NCBI GenBank assembly: GCA_000175855.1
Contig: ACYB01000029.1
Coordinates: 60,001 to 92,000, forward strand
Source of the DNA: Raphidiopsis brookii D9
GTDB taxonomy: Bacteria; Cyanobacteriota; Cyanobacteriia; Cyanobacteriales; Nostocaceae
Direction: 5' to 3'
DNA length: 32,000 nt
The translations under genes were made by a program, and so were the position numbers. This document shows positions 11,449 through 21,049 of this stretch, one piece after another (positions within the stretch are counted from its first letter, which is position 1; every line of letters starts with the position of its first letter). The notes beneath the pieces were generated by a model, which had not been told where the DNA came from, did no database searches, and saw nothing but the letters and a program-made list of their open reading frames with translations.

Positions 11449-11934
11449 TCACTCGGGGGAACGTAAGTAATGAACAATATCAATATTATCACCATGTTTA
11501 GGATCACGCATACCAAAAAAGTTAATGGTATAACTATTTATCCTCAGTCCCGTTTGCAATTCAACTTGGCGAATCAAGTCCAAAGGCAATTCCACGTGTA
11601 CATCAATAACTTCATGATTATCAATACAGCTAACATGACTATGAGCTAGAGTAACACTGCCATATAATCTGCCATGACTATGTTCAATACACTCAATAAT
11701 TCCTTGAGTAGACAGCAATTCCAAATTTTGATAAACAGAAGTATGACCTATTTCCTTACCTTTTCTATTCAGACGATCATAAATCTCCCTAGCTGAGAGA
11801 TGTTCCTTAGATTCCCAAAGTAACTCTAATATAAAGCGACGCTGACGGCTAATTCGCAGACCTAAAAGCTGACAGCGTTCTAAAGCATCTTCCAGGGAAT
11901 AAATCCCCGGTGTAGAAATAACAGGTTTTTGCAT
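11449..11934 (-). CDS. Fur-family transcriptional regulator (FurC/PerR-like)
   Basis: 161 aa; SLEDALERCQLLGLRISRQRRFILELLWESKEHLSAREIYDRL, GHTSVYQNLELLSTQGIIE winged helix. Confidence 0.85.
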   Translation of the reverse strand: MQKPVISTPGIYSLEDALERCQLLGLRISRQRRFILELLWESKEHLSAREIYDRLNRKGKEIGHTSVYQNLELLSTQGIIECIEHSHGRLYGSVTLAHSHVSCIDNHEVIDVHVELPLDLIRQVELQTGLRINSYTINFFGMRDPKHGDNIDIVHYLRSPE

Positions 11935-12091
11935 ATTTTTAGGTTTAAATGTATGAATATGGCTTTAGTTGGAACTGGCTTTGCTCCATTTGATCTTCCC
12001 CCCCTCACTAGGAATCGGCAAATTGCTGGCATTAGGAAATGAAAACTGCTACCATTGATGTAGAAGTACAGATCAATAAGCTAACAGGTCA

Positions 12092-12571
12092 ATGACAATC
12101 AGCATTCAGGTAGGTCGGGATTCCATCAATAACTTAGATTTATCACCCGCACTAAAAGTAATTGAATCAATTCTCCCAAAGGAGTCAATCATATCCCAGG
12201 AGCAGCAACTGCGCTTTGATATTGACTACCCAAGACAAGACAACGATCCCAGAGAAATTTCAGAAATTCCAGAGATCCGACTATGGTTTGTGCGATTAGA
12301 TGCCCAATATCCATGGCTACCATTTTTACTAGACTGGAAATCTGGCGAGCTAGGACTTTATACGGCCATGCTAGTACCTCACGAATTTCATAAGAAAGAA
12401 GGTATACAATATAACCCTGAAGCTCTAGAAATTTTCTTGATGCACAAAATTTTTATTTTGAGTAACTGGTTAAAGCAGAATCAGATACCTGCTAGGTTCC
12501 GTTTAAAATCTCTAGCGCAAATGTTAGGCTATGAATTAGAAGATGGTTTTTTTGAGATGATCGATAGTTAG
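12092..12571 (+). CDS. CRR6-family (DUF1817) NdhI/NDH-1 maturation factor
   Basis: 159 aa; PEIRLWFVRLDAQYPWLPFLLDWKSGELGLYTAMLVPHEF...EALEIFLMHKIFIL. Confidence 0.85.
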   Translation: MTISIQVGRDSINNLDLSPALKVIESILPKESIISQEQQLRFDIDYPRQDNDPREISEIPEIRLWFVRLDAQYPWLPFLLDWKSGELGLYTAMLVPHEFHKKEGIQYNPEALEIFLMHKIFILSNWLKQNQIPARFRLKSLAQMLGYELEDGFFEMIDS

Positions 12572-12813
12572 GAGGATTTAGCTATTAACTACCACTATAA
12601 TAACAAAAATACAAAGATAATAGGAAAAATTTCGTCCCCCTTCCCTACCTAACCACCGCCTGTAAAAGTCTACGCATATCTAAGCAATAATGCTCAAATC
12701 GATATAGAGGAAAGTTAGCGATTTATCTTCCAAGAAATCGTTCTTAATACTTACGTTTGCTCTGGGCAGATTGCTCTAACCATTGCTTGACCAAAAACTC
12801 CCAGTTAGAGCTA

Positions 12814-13767
12814 CTAGCCCCAAATTGTTTTTAAAACAGTTGCTGGTGGAATATCAGCTGTTTTACCGGTGGGGGATTTAATAGCTAAGAACTTGTCATT
12901 AACAGGCAGTAACTTATTTGAATCCGCAGAGCTTAGTAAGGCAATAGTATAGGTTTGTATAGCTATGGCTAATTGTAAAGGAGAACCATTAACAGTAACC
13001 ATTAAACTGGCACTACCGATAATAGCAGCCAATTTACCAATGTCGGGAACAGGAATAACCTTAATGTCAGGGAAGGATTCTACTAAAGAAGGGACAAAAT
13101 AGTCATCACCCTGTTCCTTAACGACTAGGATGGGTAAATCTGGCTGTTTTTGCTGACATTCTCCAATAATTTGCTGCCAACTATCTATAGGGTAGATATT
13201 GTCGTCGGGTTCTGAAGATAACTCGCCATAACCACCATAAATCAAAATGTAGCCTGTTTCACCAATACCTAATCGTTTTTGCTGCTGTTTAGCCCACTCC
13301 ACATCTGGTTTGACCAAGTTGATGGCTAGGGGTGGACAAGATGTGTTAATGCCTAAAGGCCGTAATAGATCATGGTAGATATGAGATATGTATTGGGAAG
13401 TGTTGGGAGAAATGACATGGGTAAGAAAATTGGCCCCACTACCCTCAAAGCCAATACGGGTAGGAATACCACTCAACCAAAGAAACAAACCAACAAACCA
13501 ACTTTCTCTCGCAGTAATAGCTACGTCATACTCACGGTCGCGGATTGTTCCCAACAGGTTGCTCCAATCTGCTAAACTATTACGGTCTTTGTAATCAAAG
13601 GAAAATACCTCGTGAACAGACTTGTTCACCTGGTAAGCAACCTTTGATCTAGGTTCCACAATCACATCTATCCAGGCATCGGGATAAGAACGCTGTAGAG
13701 AGTCTAAAGTAGGAAAGAAAAGAATCTGATCGGCAATGGAACCAGGTACAAGGGCTACTACTCGCAT
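12814..13767 (-). CDS. Glycosyltransferase family 9 (ADP-heptose:LPS heptosyltransferase-like)
   Basis: 317 aa; VALVPGSIADQILFFPTLDSLQRSYPDAWIDVIVEPRS, GEL/E-type nucleotide-sugar region, GSPLQLAIA. Confidence 0.85.
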   Translation of the reverse strand: MRVVALVPGSIADQILFFPTLDSLQRSYPDAWIDVIVEPRSKVAYQVNKSVHEVFSFDYKDRNSLADWSNLLGTIRDREYDVAITARESWFVGLFLWLSGIPTRIGFEGSGANFLTHVISPNTSQYISHIYHDLLRPLGINTSCPPLAINLVKPDVEWAKQQQKRLGIGETGYILIYGGYGELSSEPDDNIYPIDSWQQIIGECQQKQPDLPILVVKEQGDDYFVPSLVESFPDIKVIPVPDIGKLAAIIGSASLMVTVNGSPLQLAIAIQTYTIALLSSADSNKLLPVNDKFLAIKSPTGKTADIPPATVLKTIWG

Positions 13768-13868
13768 AAATAATATATTTATTGAGGCTTATCGTTACTA
13801 TTTTATCGAAATCGGGCTCAGAAAATTCCTTTTCTCAAGTCTTATTAGTAGTAAAATCGAGGAAAACA

Positions 13869-14546
13869 GTGTATTTATTAATTCCAGCCGCCGGTAGCGG
13901 CAAAAGAATGGGTGCTAATCGCAACAAACTGCTATTAAAGGTTCACTCTCAGTCTATTATCGCTTGGACCTTATTGTCCGCAGAAGCTGCCAGCCATATT
14001 CATTGGATCGGGATTATTTCTCAACCTTCAGAATGGCACGAATTTAAAGCTATTGTGTCTGGTCTAGCTATGACTAAACCTGTGGAGTTTATTCCTGGCG
14101 GTACTACTAGACAAGAATCTGTTTTTAATGGATTACAAGCATTGCCATCAAAGGCTAGGGAAGTGCTGATTCACGATGGAGCACGCTGTTTAGCAACACC
14201 AGAATTATTTAATGCCTGTGCGATCGCTATTCTCAATTGCCCAGGACTGATTGCTGCAGTACCGGTAAAAGATACTATCAAGGTGGTGGGTGAAAGTGGT
14301 ATAATTGAGTCCACACCACAACGGGAAAGGCTTTGGGCGGCTCAAACCCCCCAAGGTTTCAATGTGCAGTTGTTAAAACAATGTCATGCGGAAGGAGTCC
14401 GTCAAGGATGGGAGGTAACCGATGATGCAGCCTTATTTGAAAAGTGTGGCATCCAGGTACGCATAGTCCCAGGTGAAGAAACCAACCTAAAACTCACAAC
14501 TCCCCAAGATTTAGCGATCGCTGAATTGATCCTCAGTCTCAGATGA
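13869..14546 (+). CDS. ispD: 2-C-methyl-D-erythritol 4-phosphate cytidylyltransferase
   Basis: LIPAAGSGKRMGANRNKLLL, GTTRQESVFNGLQAL, LIHDGARCL, QTPQGF motifs. The track starts at 13782, but an in-frame GTG at 13869 gives MYLLIPAAGSGKRMG, the expected N-terminus. Confidence 0.95.
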   Translation: MYLLIPAAGSGKRMGANRNKLLLKVHSQSIIAWTLLSAEAASHIHWIGIISQPSEWHEFKAIVSGLAMTKPVEFIPGGTTRQESVFNGLQALPSKAREVLIHDGARCLATPELFNACAIAILNCPGLIAAVPVKDTIKVVGESGIIESTPQRERLWAAQTPQGFNVQLLKQCHAEGVRQGWEVTDDAALFEKCGIQVRIVPGEETNLKLTTPQDLAIAELILSLR

Positions 14547-15088
14547 TTGCCCTCCATATCAACAGCAAATCTCCCAACATGTTCCAAGAAAATATATCTA
14601 TAGCCCTAAAAATAGAAGCAGTTTTATACTTAAAGGGTCAATCCTTGTCCTTGAGTGAAATTGCTGAATATGTAGGATGCGATCGCTACACAATTGAAGA
14701 AGGGATAATAGAATTAATGGACAATTATGCCCGTAGGGAAAGTGCCCTAGAAATTGTAGAAACAGAAGGTAGTTATAGTTTACAACTAAGAGCAGACTTT
14801 CAAGATTTAGTACAAACCCTAATACCGGTGGAGTTGGGAGTCGGGTCCTTACGAACATTAGCAGCGATCGCCTTAAATAGTCCTATTTTACAAACCGACT
14901 TAATTAATTTACGAGGGTCCAGTGCATATCCCCATGTTGCTGAACTGGTAGAGTTAGGATTTATTCGCAAAAAAAAGGATCCCAATTCCCGATCTTACTC
15001 ACTACAGGTAACATCAAAATTCCATCAATATTTCCAGATAGACGAACTACCCATAGAGCAGGAGAAAATCAAGAGAAAGGAAATTTAA
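14543..15088 (+). CDS. scpB: Segregation and condensation protein B
   Basis: 181 aa; KIEAVLYLKGQSLSLSEIAEYVG, IALNSPILQTDLINLRGSSAYPHVAELVELGFI; 4 nt overlap with ispD. Confidence 0.9.
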   Translation: MIALHINSKSPNMFQENISIALKIEAVLYLKGQSLSLSEIAEYVGCDRYTIEEGIIELMDNYARRESALEIVETEGSYSLQLRADFQDLVQTLIPVELGVGSLRTLAAIALNSPILQTDLINLRGSSAYPHVAELVELGFIRKKKDPNSRSYSLQVTSKFHQYFQIDELPIEQEKIKRKEI

Positions 15089-15162
15089 AAGGTTTCTCAC
15101 CTGGGCTACCCTTTTTCTTGCACTATGAGCTAAAGTAGGATTAGCAACTAAGGTAAGAAGAA

Positions 15163-15513
15163 TTGCCAATGGTGTTTGATCCTGACTTTTTGAATGACAA
15201 CTCTGAGGAACACGGTAATCAGGTTCTGAACGATCAATTTGGGGAAAATCCAAACCAACTATTAAAATATTTACAGCATCAATCTCCTGACGTTCTAGCC
15301 CGTGTTGCCCAGTCCGTCACGCCGGAAATCAAACAGATTATCTCCCAAAATGTGCAAGGTTTGGTAGGAATGCTACCACCAGACCATTTTAATATCCAAA
15401 TTACTACGGATAGGGATAATTTGGCTGGACTTTTAGCATCAGCCATGATGACTGGTTACTTTCTCAGACAGATGGAACAAAGAATGGAGTTGGACTACCT
15501 ATCTAACCAATAG
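15163..15513 (+). CDS. DUF760 domain-containing protein
   Basis: 116 aa; NQLLKYLQHQSPDVLARVAQSVTPEIKQIISQNVQGLVGMLPPDHFNIQITTDRDNLAGLLASAMMTGYFLRQMEQRMELD. Confidence 0.8.
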   Translation: MPMVFDPDFLNDNSEEHGNQVLNDQFGENPNQLLKYLQHQSPDVLARVAQSVTPEIKQIISQNVQGLVGMLPPDHFNIQITTDRDNLAGLLASAMMTGYFLRQMEQRMELDYLSNQ

Positions 15514-15642
15514 AAAGAAAAAAGGGGGAACCGGATCTTAACCTATCCCCGCTTTTTTCCTTTTTTTTGCTCTCCTAATGGGAGGGAGTCTCTTTTTAAT
15601 TTTTTGGCTGTGACAAGAAGCGATTATCTGGTAGTCAAAAGT

Positions 15643-16212
15643 TTACTGACGGAAAACTTCTACACTATCCAGAGTCACATCTTGGTTAGGGCGATCGCGT
15701 GTGGTAGAAACATTAGCGATCCTGTTAACCACATCCATACCATAAACTACATGACCAAAAACACTGTGTCTTCGATCTAAATGGGGAGTTGGTCCTTCGG
15801 TAATAAACCACTGAGAACCATTAGTGCCAGGTCCTGCATTAGCCATGGATAAAATGCCCGGTGCATCATGCTTTAAATCGGGATGAAATTCATCAGGGAA
15901 TTTATATCCAGGACCACCGGTGCCCCAACGACGAGCCAAATCGGGATAGAGGGTGAGAGGGTCTCCACATTGAATCATAAAACCAGGAATCACACGGTGA
16001 AACCTGACACCGCTATAAGCGGAGGTTCCTTGCATAGATTTGCCAGTTTGTGGGTCTTTCCAGTCAATTGCTCCGGTTGCTAGACCAACAAAGTTTTTAA
16101 CGGTGTTGGGGGCACGCTCTTCTTCTAGTCTCACCACAATTTTACCCAGAGAAGTATTTAGGTTGGCGTGAAGTTTTCCCTCACCGGTGATATTAATTTC
16201 TGGAAAGTTCAT
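15643..16212 (-). CDS. Cyclophilin-type peptidyl-prolyl cis-trans isomerase
   Basis: 189 aa; [64 protein letters not shown]. Confidence 0.96.
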   Translation of the reverse strand: MNFPEINITGEGKLHANLNTSLGKIVVRLEEERAPNTVKNFVGLATGAIDWKDPQTGKSMQGTSAYSGVRFHRVIPGFMIQCGDPLTLYPDLARRWGTGGPGYKFPDEFHPDLKHDAPGILSMANAGPGTNGSQWFITEGPTPHLDRRHSVFGHVVYGMDVVNRIANVSTTRDRPNQDVTLDSVEVFRQ

Positions 16213-16244
16213 TACTTATCCTGCTTTTCAAACTGTCTTAGCTA

Positions 16245-16733
16245 TTATATCTCATTATTCAACCCGTTCAAACCCCAAGTTTCATCCAATAACTCTTCTA
16301 GGTTCCCTAGGGGAGCAAGGGGGATTGTTTCCGTAGAAAGACTAGCTTGGGTGAGGACAATTTTTCTAGCATCTGCGTAAGATTGCTCAATTATCTGTTC
16401 TAAATATGACCTTAAGCTGGGACTATCTTCCAACTCTTGTGTGATTTGCTGGCGGAAATTGAGAATTTCTGATTTCCAGTGGTTAGCATTTCTTTCCACT
16501 TCCGTTTGCCAATATTTGAGCTTGAGCAAATGCTCAATAAGCCGTTTTAAGAGATTTTGCACTTTTCTCTTTTGTCTTCTACTCAGATCGAACACTTCCT
16601 CAATTAAATTATCCCAATCTAGGGAAGAGAGATTTCTATCTTGTAACTGTTTAACAGTTTCCAATATCCATAAATGGTAATCATCATTATACAAACTTCC
16701 AGTAGTTCTTTCCACCTCAACCATAGGTTCCAC
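16245..16733 (-). CDS. DUF29 domain-containing protein
   Basis: 162 aa; LYNDDYHLWILETVKQLQDRNLSSLDWDNLIEEVFDLSRRQKRKVQNLLKRLIEHLLKLKYW. Confidence 0.88.
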   Translation of the reverse strand: MEPMVEVERTTGSLYNDDYHLWILETVKQLQDRNLSSLDWDNLIEEVFDLSRRQKRKVQNLLKRLIEHLLKLKYWQTEVERNANHWKSEILNFRQQITQELEDSPSLRSYLEQIIEQSYADARKIVLTQASLSTETIPLAPLGNLEELLDETWGLNGLNNEI

Positions 16734-16796
16734 CTCACTGATATGATCCCAGTCGACCTTAACCTAGCATAACCCGAAATATTAGCACAACAAAAA

Positions 16797-16819
16797 GACC
16801 AGCTTCCCACAGCTGGCCT
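16797..16819 (-). terminator. Possible intrinsic terminator downstream of the AlbA_2 gene
   Basis: On the - strand: GCCAGCT-gtggga-AGCTGGT followed by CTTTTTG. Confidence 0.45.
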
Positions 16820-17011
16820 CAAGAATGTTGTTCGTTTTGTCTTCTTAGTAGAGTCAAACCAAATTGCACGCGTCTAATATACAATGAGCAATGGTTAAAC
16901 TGAACCGTTCGACCCAGTCAAAGATGTATTTCCCCGACTTTCTGTCATCAAGAATTGTAACAGAAGAACTGTAACAGTCGGTACAGATTTTGGAAACCGG
17001 TAAGAAATTAG

Positions 17012-18208
17012 TTAGTCCTCGTCGCGCGCATAAAATTTTGATGTAGCATCTATATGCTCTGTTTTATAGATAGTTGTTTTTAAAAATGCGTTGGTACTCT
17101 CAAAGTTAGGTGGGAGAAGGTTTTGAGAACGATAAAATTTGATGATTTTAAATAGTCCCCTCCCCAATCTATCCATTAGACCATAATCTTTGAGCATTTG
17201 GGCAATCAGAGGATTGCGATAATAGGAAATTCCAGCCAAAGCTCTCTCTAAGTTCAGGGTGTTGGGTAAACTACCAGGGGAAAATATTTCCAGGCGATCG
17301 CCAAATAAAGACAGACGAATACGTTGACCGAAAAGAGACCAGTCTCGGTGGGCAAAAGCATTAACTAGTAATTCTCTAATGACAAATGGTTGATAGTCAG
17401 GTAGGTCATAACGACGGGTTTCTTCTGGGTTAAAAATAGGAAGATGACGAGAATTTCTTCTGACAAAGGATTCGCTAACTTCTATAGCTTCAGGAATGGT
17501 TTCGGTCAAGGTTAAACTATCAATTATGGGGGAGCTAATATCATTACCACTAAAGGCATTTAATTCAATTCCTGCTTGTGGTAATATTCTGGCTACTTGT
17601 CTAGAAAAAAAAAGACTTCCCGCAATGGTCAATCTTTCTTGTTCATCGATTATTTGTAGGTTATACCAGGTACGTGGGTTGTTCTCCTCCGCTGATAAAT
17701 CTCTCATTTTTTGACAATAGTAACCTAGTCTTAATGGTTCTAGATCTATTATTCCCGTTCCCAGTAAGGAGGAAATCTCAAAGTGAAATTGTCCGCCATC
17801 TTGTAATAATCTGACCAATTCTTCTTGAGTTGGCTCAATGGCTACCGTACCCGCTCTAATATAATAGCGATTTAGGGATTTTACTTTATAGGGTTTGCAG
17901 ATACCTTTTTCAATTTCTATAACCACAATATATTTATCTTGATGAGGAATTGATACCAATTCGGGAATTAATGGTGGTTGAATGTTGTTGCGGCAAATTT
18001 GAATGATTCTCTCCATCAAGTCCTGAGAATTTTCTACTCCTGAAATTTCGCCGTTATCTTCCACCCCCACGAATATTGTCCCTCCCTTTATATTAGCAAA
18101 TGCCACAATTTCTTTGGCCAAACTTTCATTGCGAAAGCCACCAGATTTAAACTCTACACGGGAATTTTCTCCCAGTTTAATTAGATCTAAAAACCTACTA
18201 ATAGACAT
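17012..18208 (-). CDS. AlbA_2 (Schlafen-type) DNA-binding domain protein with RecG-like C-terminal ATPase-type region
   Basis: 398 aa; ENSRVEFKSGGFRNESLAKEIVAFANIKGGTIFVGVEDNGEISG; IRELLVNAFAHRDWSLFGQRIRLSLFGDRLEIFSPGSLP. Confidence 0.85.
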   Translation of the reverse strand: MSISRFLDLIKLGENSRVEFKSGGFRNESLAKEIVAFANIKGGTIFVGVEDNGEISGVENSQDLMERIIQICRNNIQPPLIPELVSIPHQDKYIVVIEIEKGICKPYKVKSLNRYYIRAGTVAIEPTQEELVRLLQDGGQFHFEISSLLGTGIIDLEPLRLGYYCQKMRDLSAEENNPRTWYNLQIIDEQERLTIAGSLFFSRQVARILPQAGIELNAFSGNDISSPIIDSLTLTETIPEAIEVSESFVRRNSRHLPIFNPEETRRYDLPDYQPFVIRELLVNAFAHRDWSLFGQRIRLSLFGDRLEIFSPGSLPNTLNLERALAGISYYRNPLIAQMLKDYGLMDRLGRGLFKIIKFYRSQNLLPPNFESTNAFLKTTIYKTEHIDATSKFYARDED

Positions 18209-18212
18209 ACTT

Positions 18213-19964
18213 CTATACTCCCTGCTGCAAGTGATTAATTACCTGACTAATTTTCCCTGGGTTACCCCATATAATTTTTTCTTGCTTATAAATTACTAGT
18301 CCTGGCTTGGCACCTTTGGGTTTATATACTCTATTGGGTCGAGTATACACTACGGGAACCTGTTCACTATGACGAGCGCGACTAAAATAGGCTGCTATGT
18401 TGGCTGTATATTGTAAATCCGCTTCTTCAGGAACTGTGCCAGGTGGCAATCTCAATAAAACATGACTTCCGGGTATTTCCTGCGCGTGAAACCACAGGTC
18501 ATAATCCCCTGCTACTCTAAATGTTAAATAATCATTCTGATGATTATTACGACCAATTAAAATTTCTAACCCGCTGGGGGTGCAATAATGGTGAAAATTA
18601 TGGCTGACTGTTTCACTCTGACTGGGACGACGATATTCTAATTCCTCTAAGTACTTTTGTTCTATTAGTTCGTCTCTAATTTCTTCTATTGCTTCTAAAT
18701 CTTGTTTTGTTTGATAATTATCTATTTGATTAGTAGCAGCTTCTACTTGCTCTAGATACTCTATTTCTCTATTTACTTCTAATAGTAAAGGATATACTGC
18801 ATTTCGCGCGCGTTTCAATTTCTGATGTTGTTTATAAAACCGTTGGGCATTTTGTACGGCATTTTTGTCTGCTTCCAGGACAATCCTCTGGGGTTGATCT
18901 GTCTCAAAGTCCGGAAGGATAATTTCTGTCATACCTGGTTGCAATTGATGCAAATGTGCCATTAACAAATCAGCCTGCTGTTTGTACTTATCCGCATCCT
19001 CGGACTGTTCTAACCTATCCTTAAACGCTTGGGCTTTAGTATTTAATTTACCAAGAATATTTTGCAATTTCTGGGTCAGTTGATGGCGCAGGTGATAAAA
19101 TACCTGTTGATTAAGCTGCTGCGTATAATATTGATTAATGAGTTCTTGAATGTTGTCAACAGATTGGATTTCACCCCACCCCATAACAGTATAACCTTGT
19201 TTCGTCCACGCCGGCTTAAAATCACCCTCCTCTAGTCTCCGTAACCACTCTTGCCATCTAGCAAATAGTCTATACCAGTCTTGATTAGTTAAACTGGTAG
19301 TGCTAGTTTCAGGAGATATGTGGGCTACTAATAACAGGGAATCCAATAATGCAGAGCTAACCCCACTATAACTTTTCAATATTTGCTTTTTAATACTTCC
19401 CGGGACTAAGCTTACCCTTTCTTGCCATCTAGCTTCAGTTTCTGTTAAAGTTGGTATGGTACCCGTAAGTTTGGGCGGAATTTCGTAGGGTTGACCGGTT
19501 TGAATGGGACGAACACTAGATTGTTGTTGACTCACCTGATGAGCAGCAGTAATGATTTCATTTTTAGCATCTGTAAGAATAACATTACTGTACTTACCCA
19601 TAATTTCCACATACAAATGATAAAGGGGAGCTTCTCCTGGACGACGGGCAAATTTTAGGTCTATTACCCTTTCCCAAGGGGCGATAAAGTCCATAGCTAC
19701 TAGTGCTAGACCCCCTAATTGATGTACAAGCTGGTGGCTAAAGGTAAAAGTATCGGGAATACGTGGCGGTGGTTCGCCGATGCAAATACGCGTAGCTTGC
19801 GGATGCCATGATATATCTAGCCAGTCCCGCTTTTTCATGGTCCGCAGGCCTAAAGATATAGTGTAGCGATCGCGCTGGTAGACTTGTTCAGTGCGCGCTG
19901 GTAGCCAGTTAGTCCGGAGTTGGCTGCAGATGGCGGTGAGGGTAGTGAAGTCGAGGGGTTGCAA
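18213..19964 (-). CDS. NFACT-family (RqcH/Rqc2-like, formerly fibronectin-binding) protein
   Basis: 583 aa; MQPLDFTTLTAICSQLR, PPRIPDTFTFSHQLVHQLGG, GLEILIGRNNHQNDYLTFRVAGDYDLWFHAQEIPGSHVLLRLPPGTVPEEADL. Confidence 0.93.
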   Translation of the reverse strand: MQPLDFTTLTAICSQLRTNWLPARTEQVYQRDRYTISLGLRTMKKRDWLDISWHPQATRICIGEPPPRIPDTFTFSHQLVHQLGGLALVAMDFIAPWERVIDLKFARRPGEAPLYHLYVEIMGKYSNVILTDAKNEIITAAHQVSQQQSSVRPIQTGQPYEIPPKLTGTIPTLTETEARWQERVSLVPGSIKKQILKSYSGVSSALLDSLLLVAHISPETSTTSLTNQDWYRLFARWQEWLRRLEEGDFKPAWTKQGYTVMGWGEIQSVDNIQELINQYYTQQLNQQVFYHLRHQLTQKLQNILGKLNTKAQAFKDRLEQSEDADKYKQQADLLMAHLHQLQPGMTEIILPDFETDQPQRIVLEADKNAVQNAQRFYKQHQKLKRARNAVYPLLLEVNREIEYLEQVEAATNQIDNYQTKQDLEAIEEIRDELIEQKYLEELEYRRPSQSETVSHNFHHYCTPSGLEILIGRNNHQNDYLTFRVAGDYDLWFHAQEIPGSHVLLRLPPGTVPEEADLQYTANIAAYFSRARHSEQVPVVYTRPNRVYKPKGAKPGLVIYKQEKIIWGNPGKISQVINHLQQGV

Positions 19965-20001
19965 GATAGTTAGAGAAGGTGCGGGAGAAACTGGATAAGG
20001 A

Positions 20002-20274
20002 TTATTCCCAGGGTGAGGGAATAGCAGTAGTGGATAAGATTTTACTGGCCATCAGTCTAATTCCAGTCTTACCACAATTAGGACAGGGTACTTCTAAGAA
20101 CTGTGAGGATGTGATATCCACCTCACTCAAAATCCCTTGTTTACAATGCCAGCATTCAAATATGACCCTACTAACCGGTTGGTTACAATCCAGTACTTTA
20201 ATATGTTGTGAAGGGGTTGGCTGGTTTGATATCTTTCTCGGCTTAGGCAGTTGTCTGATTTCTCGAGTTTCCAT
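20002..20274 (-). CDS. Small hypothetical protein with a single zinc-ribbon-like CxxC...CxxC pair
   Basis: 90 aa; ECWHCKQG...VPCPNCGKTG; sits in a gap between convincing genes on the same strand. Confidence 0.55.
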   Translation of the reverse strand: METREIRQLPKPRKISNQPTPSQHIKVLDCNQPVSRVIFECWHCKQGILSEVDITSSQFLEVPCPNCGKTGIRLMASKILSTTAIPSPWE

Positions 20275-20364
20275 GTTTTTGTTCTTGCTATACCGTAACT
20301 GGTACTTAGCGTACCAATGTAATTAACTCCTTTGACAATCCTCCCCATTTCCCAAGGATCAATG

Positions 20365-20856
20365 TTATGGAGCAGTAGCAGTTAACCTCTGCTTAATTTC
20401 TGTCAGCTCCTTAGCCCAACGAGGATCGGGACGAATTGCATCCGTGTCAGCGGATACTGTTATCTCCACAGGTGAACCGCCACGCTTAGATTTTTTAGAA
20501 CCCTTATCACGACGACTCTGTTTGTTGGGGCTGGGAGTTGGTGCAGGCGTACTAGAAGTTTGCAGAACTGGTTTGGGAGTTTGTTCTTCGCCTTCTTCAC
20601 CTTTTGTTCTAGGTAATGCTTTTTCCAGTTTAATGGCCGCATCCCTGAACAACTGACCATTATATTTTTCAATAATTTGGTCTGCTTGATCGTCATTGTT
20701 AACTGTCAAGAAGCCAAAACCACGACATTTACCTGTTTTTCTGTCTTTTATTAGTTTGGTGGTAACTGCATCACCCTCAGCAGCAAATACAGCTTGCAAC
20801 TCTTGACGGTCAATTTCTTCTTTGGGTAAATTACCTATATACAGACGAACGGACAT
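20365..20856 (-). CDS. RNA-binding protein with an RRM domain (cyanobacterial Rbp family)
   Basis: 163 aa; MSVRLYIGNLPKEEIDRQELQAVF (RNP2) and KTGKCRGFGFLTV (RNP1). Confidence 0.93.
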   Translation of the reverse strand: MSVRLYIGNLPKEEIDRQELQAVFAAEGDAVTTKLIKDRKTGKCRGFGFLTVNNDDQADQIIEKYNGQLFRDAAIKLEKALPRTKGEEGEEQTPKPVLQTSSTPAPTPSPNKQSRRDKGSKKSKRGGSPVEITVSADTDAIRPDPRWAKELTEIKQRLTATAP

Positions 20857-20984
20857 GAATTTTTCCTCCGAGGTTTACATGAAAGTGAGAATAGAAAAAC
20901 ATTGACTTTTGGCTCTTACATAGGCTCTTATATAAATGCTACTAATAAAATCGCCACAAACCAATTTTTTTAATCCCATCTGTT

Positions 20985-20996
20985 AAACTATAGTTT
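20985..20996. promoter_or_regulatory. 12 bp perfect palindrome upstream of the RRM gene
   Basis: AAACTATAGTTT read directly. Confidence 0.3.
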
Positions 20997-21025
20997 TAGT
21001 TTCAAACGAAATGAATACATGCTGG

Positions 21026-21049
21026 ATATATGGTCAATATACCATATAT
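21026..21049. promoter_or_regulatory. Inverted repeat upstream of the RRM gene
   Basis: ATATATGGT (21026-21034) / ACCATATAT (21041-21049), 9 bp perfect arms with a 6 nt spacer. Confidence 0.35.

Noticed and set aside
14402-15253. - strand ORFs of 61-86 aa opposite ispD/scpB
   Set aside because: Antisense shadows over conserved coding sequence.
16168-16822. Small ORFs overlapping cyclophilin/DUF29 (70 aa +, 79 aa +, 67 aa -)
   Set aside because: Mostly antisense or out-of-frame to better-supported genes, with no motifs.
16905-16950. tRNA-like T-arm (CCGTTCGACCCAGTC)
   Set aside because: No matching acceptor, D-arm or anticodon arm could be folded around it.
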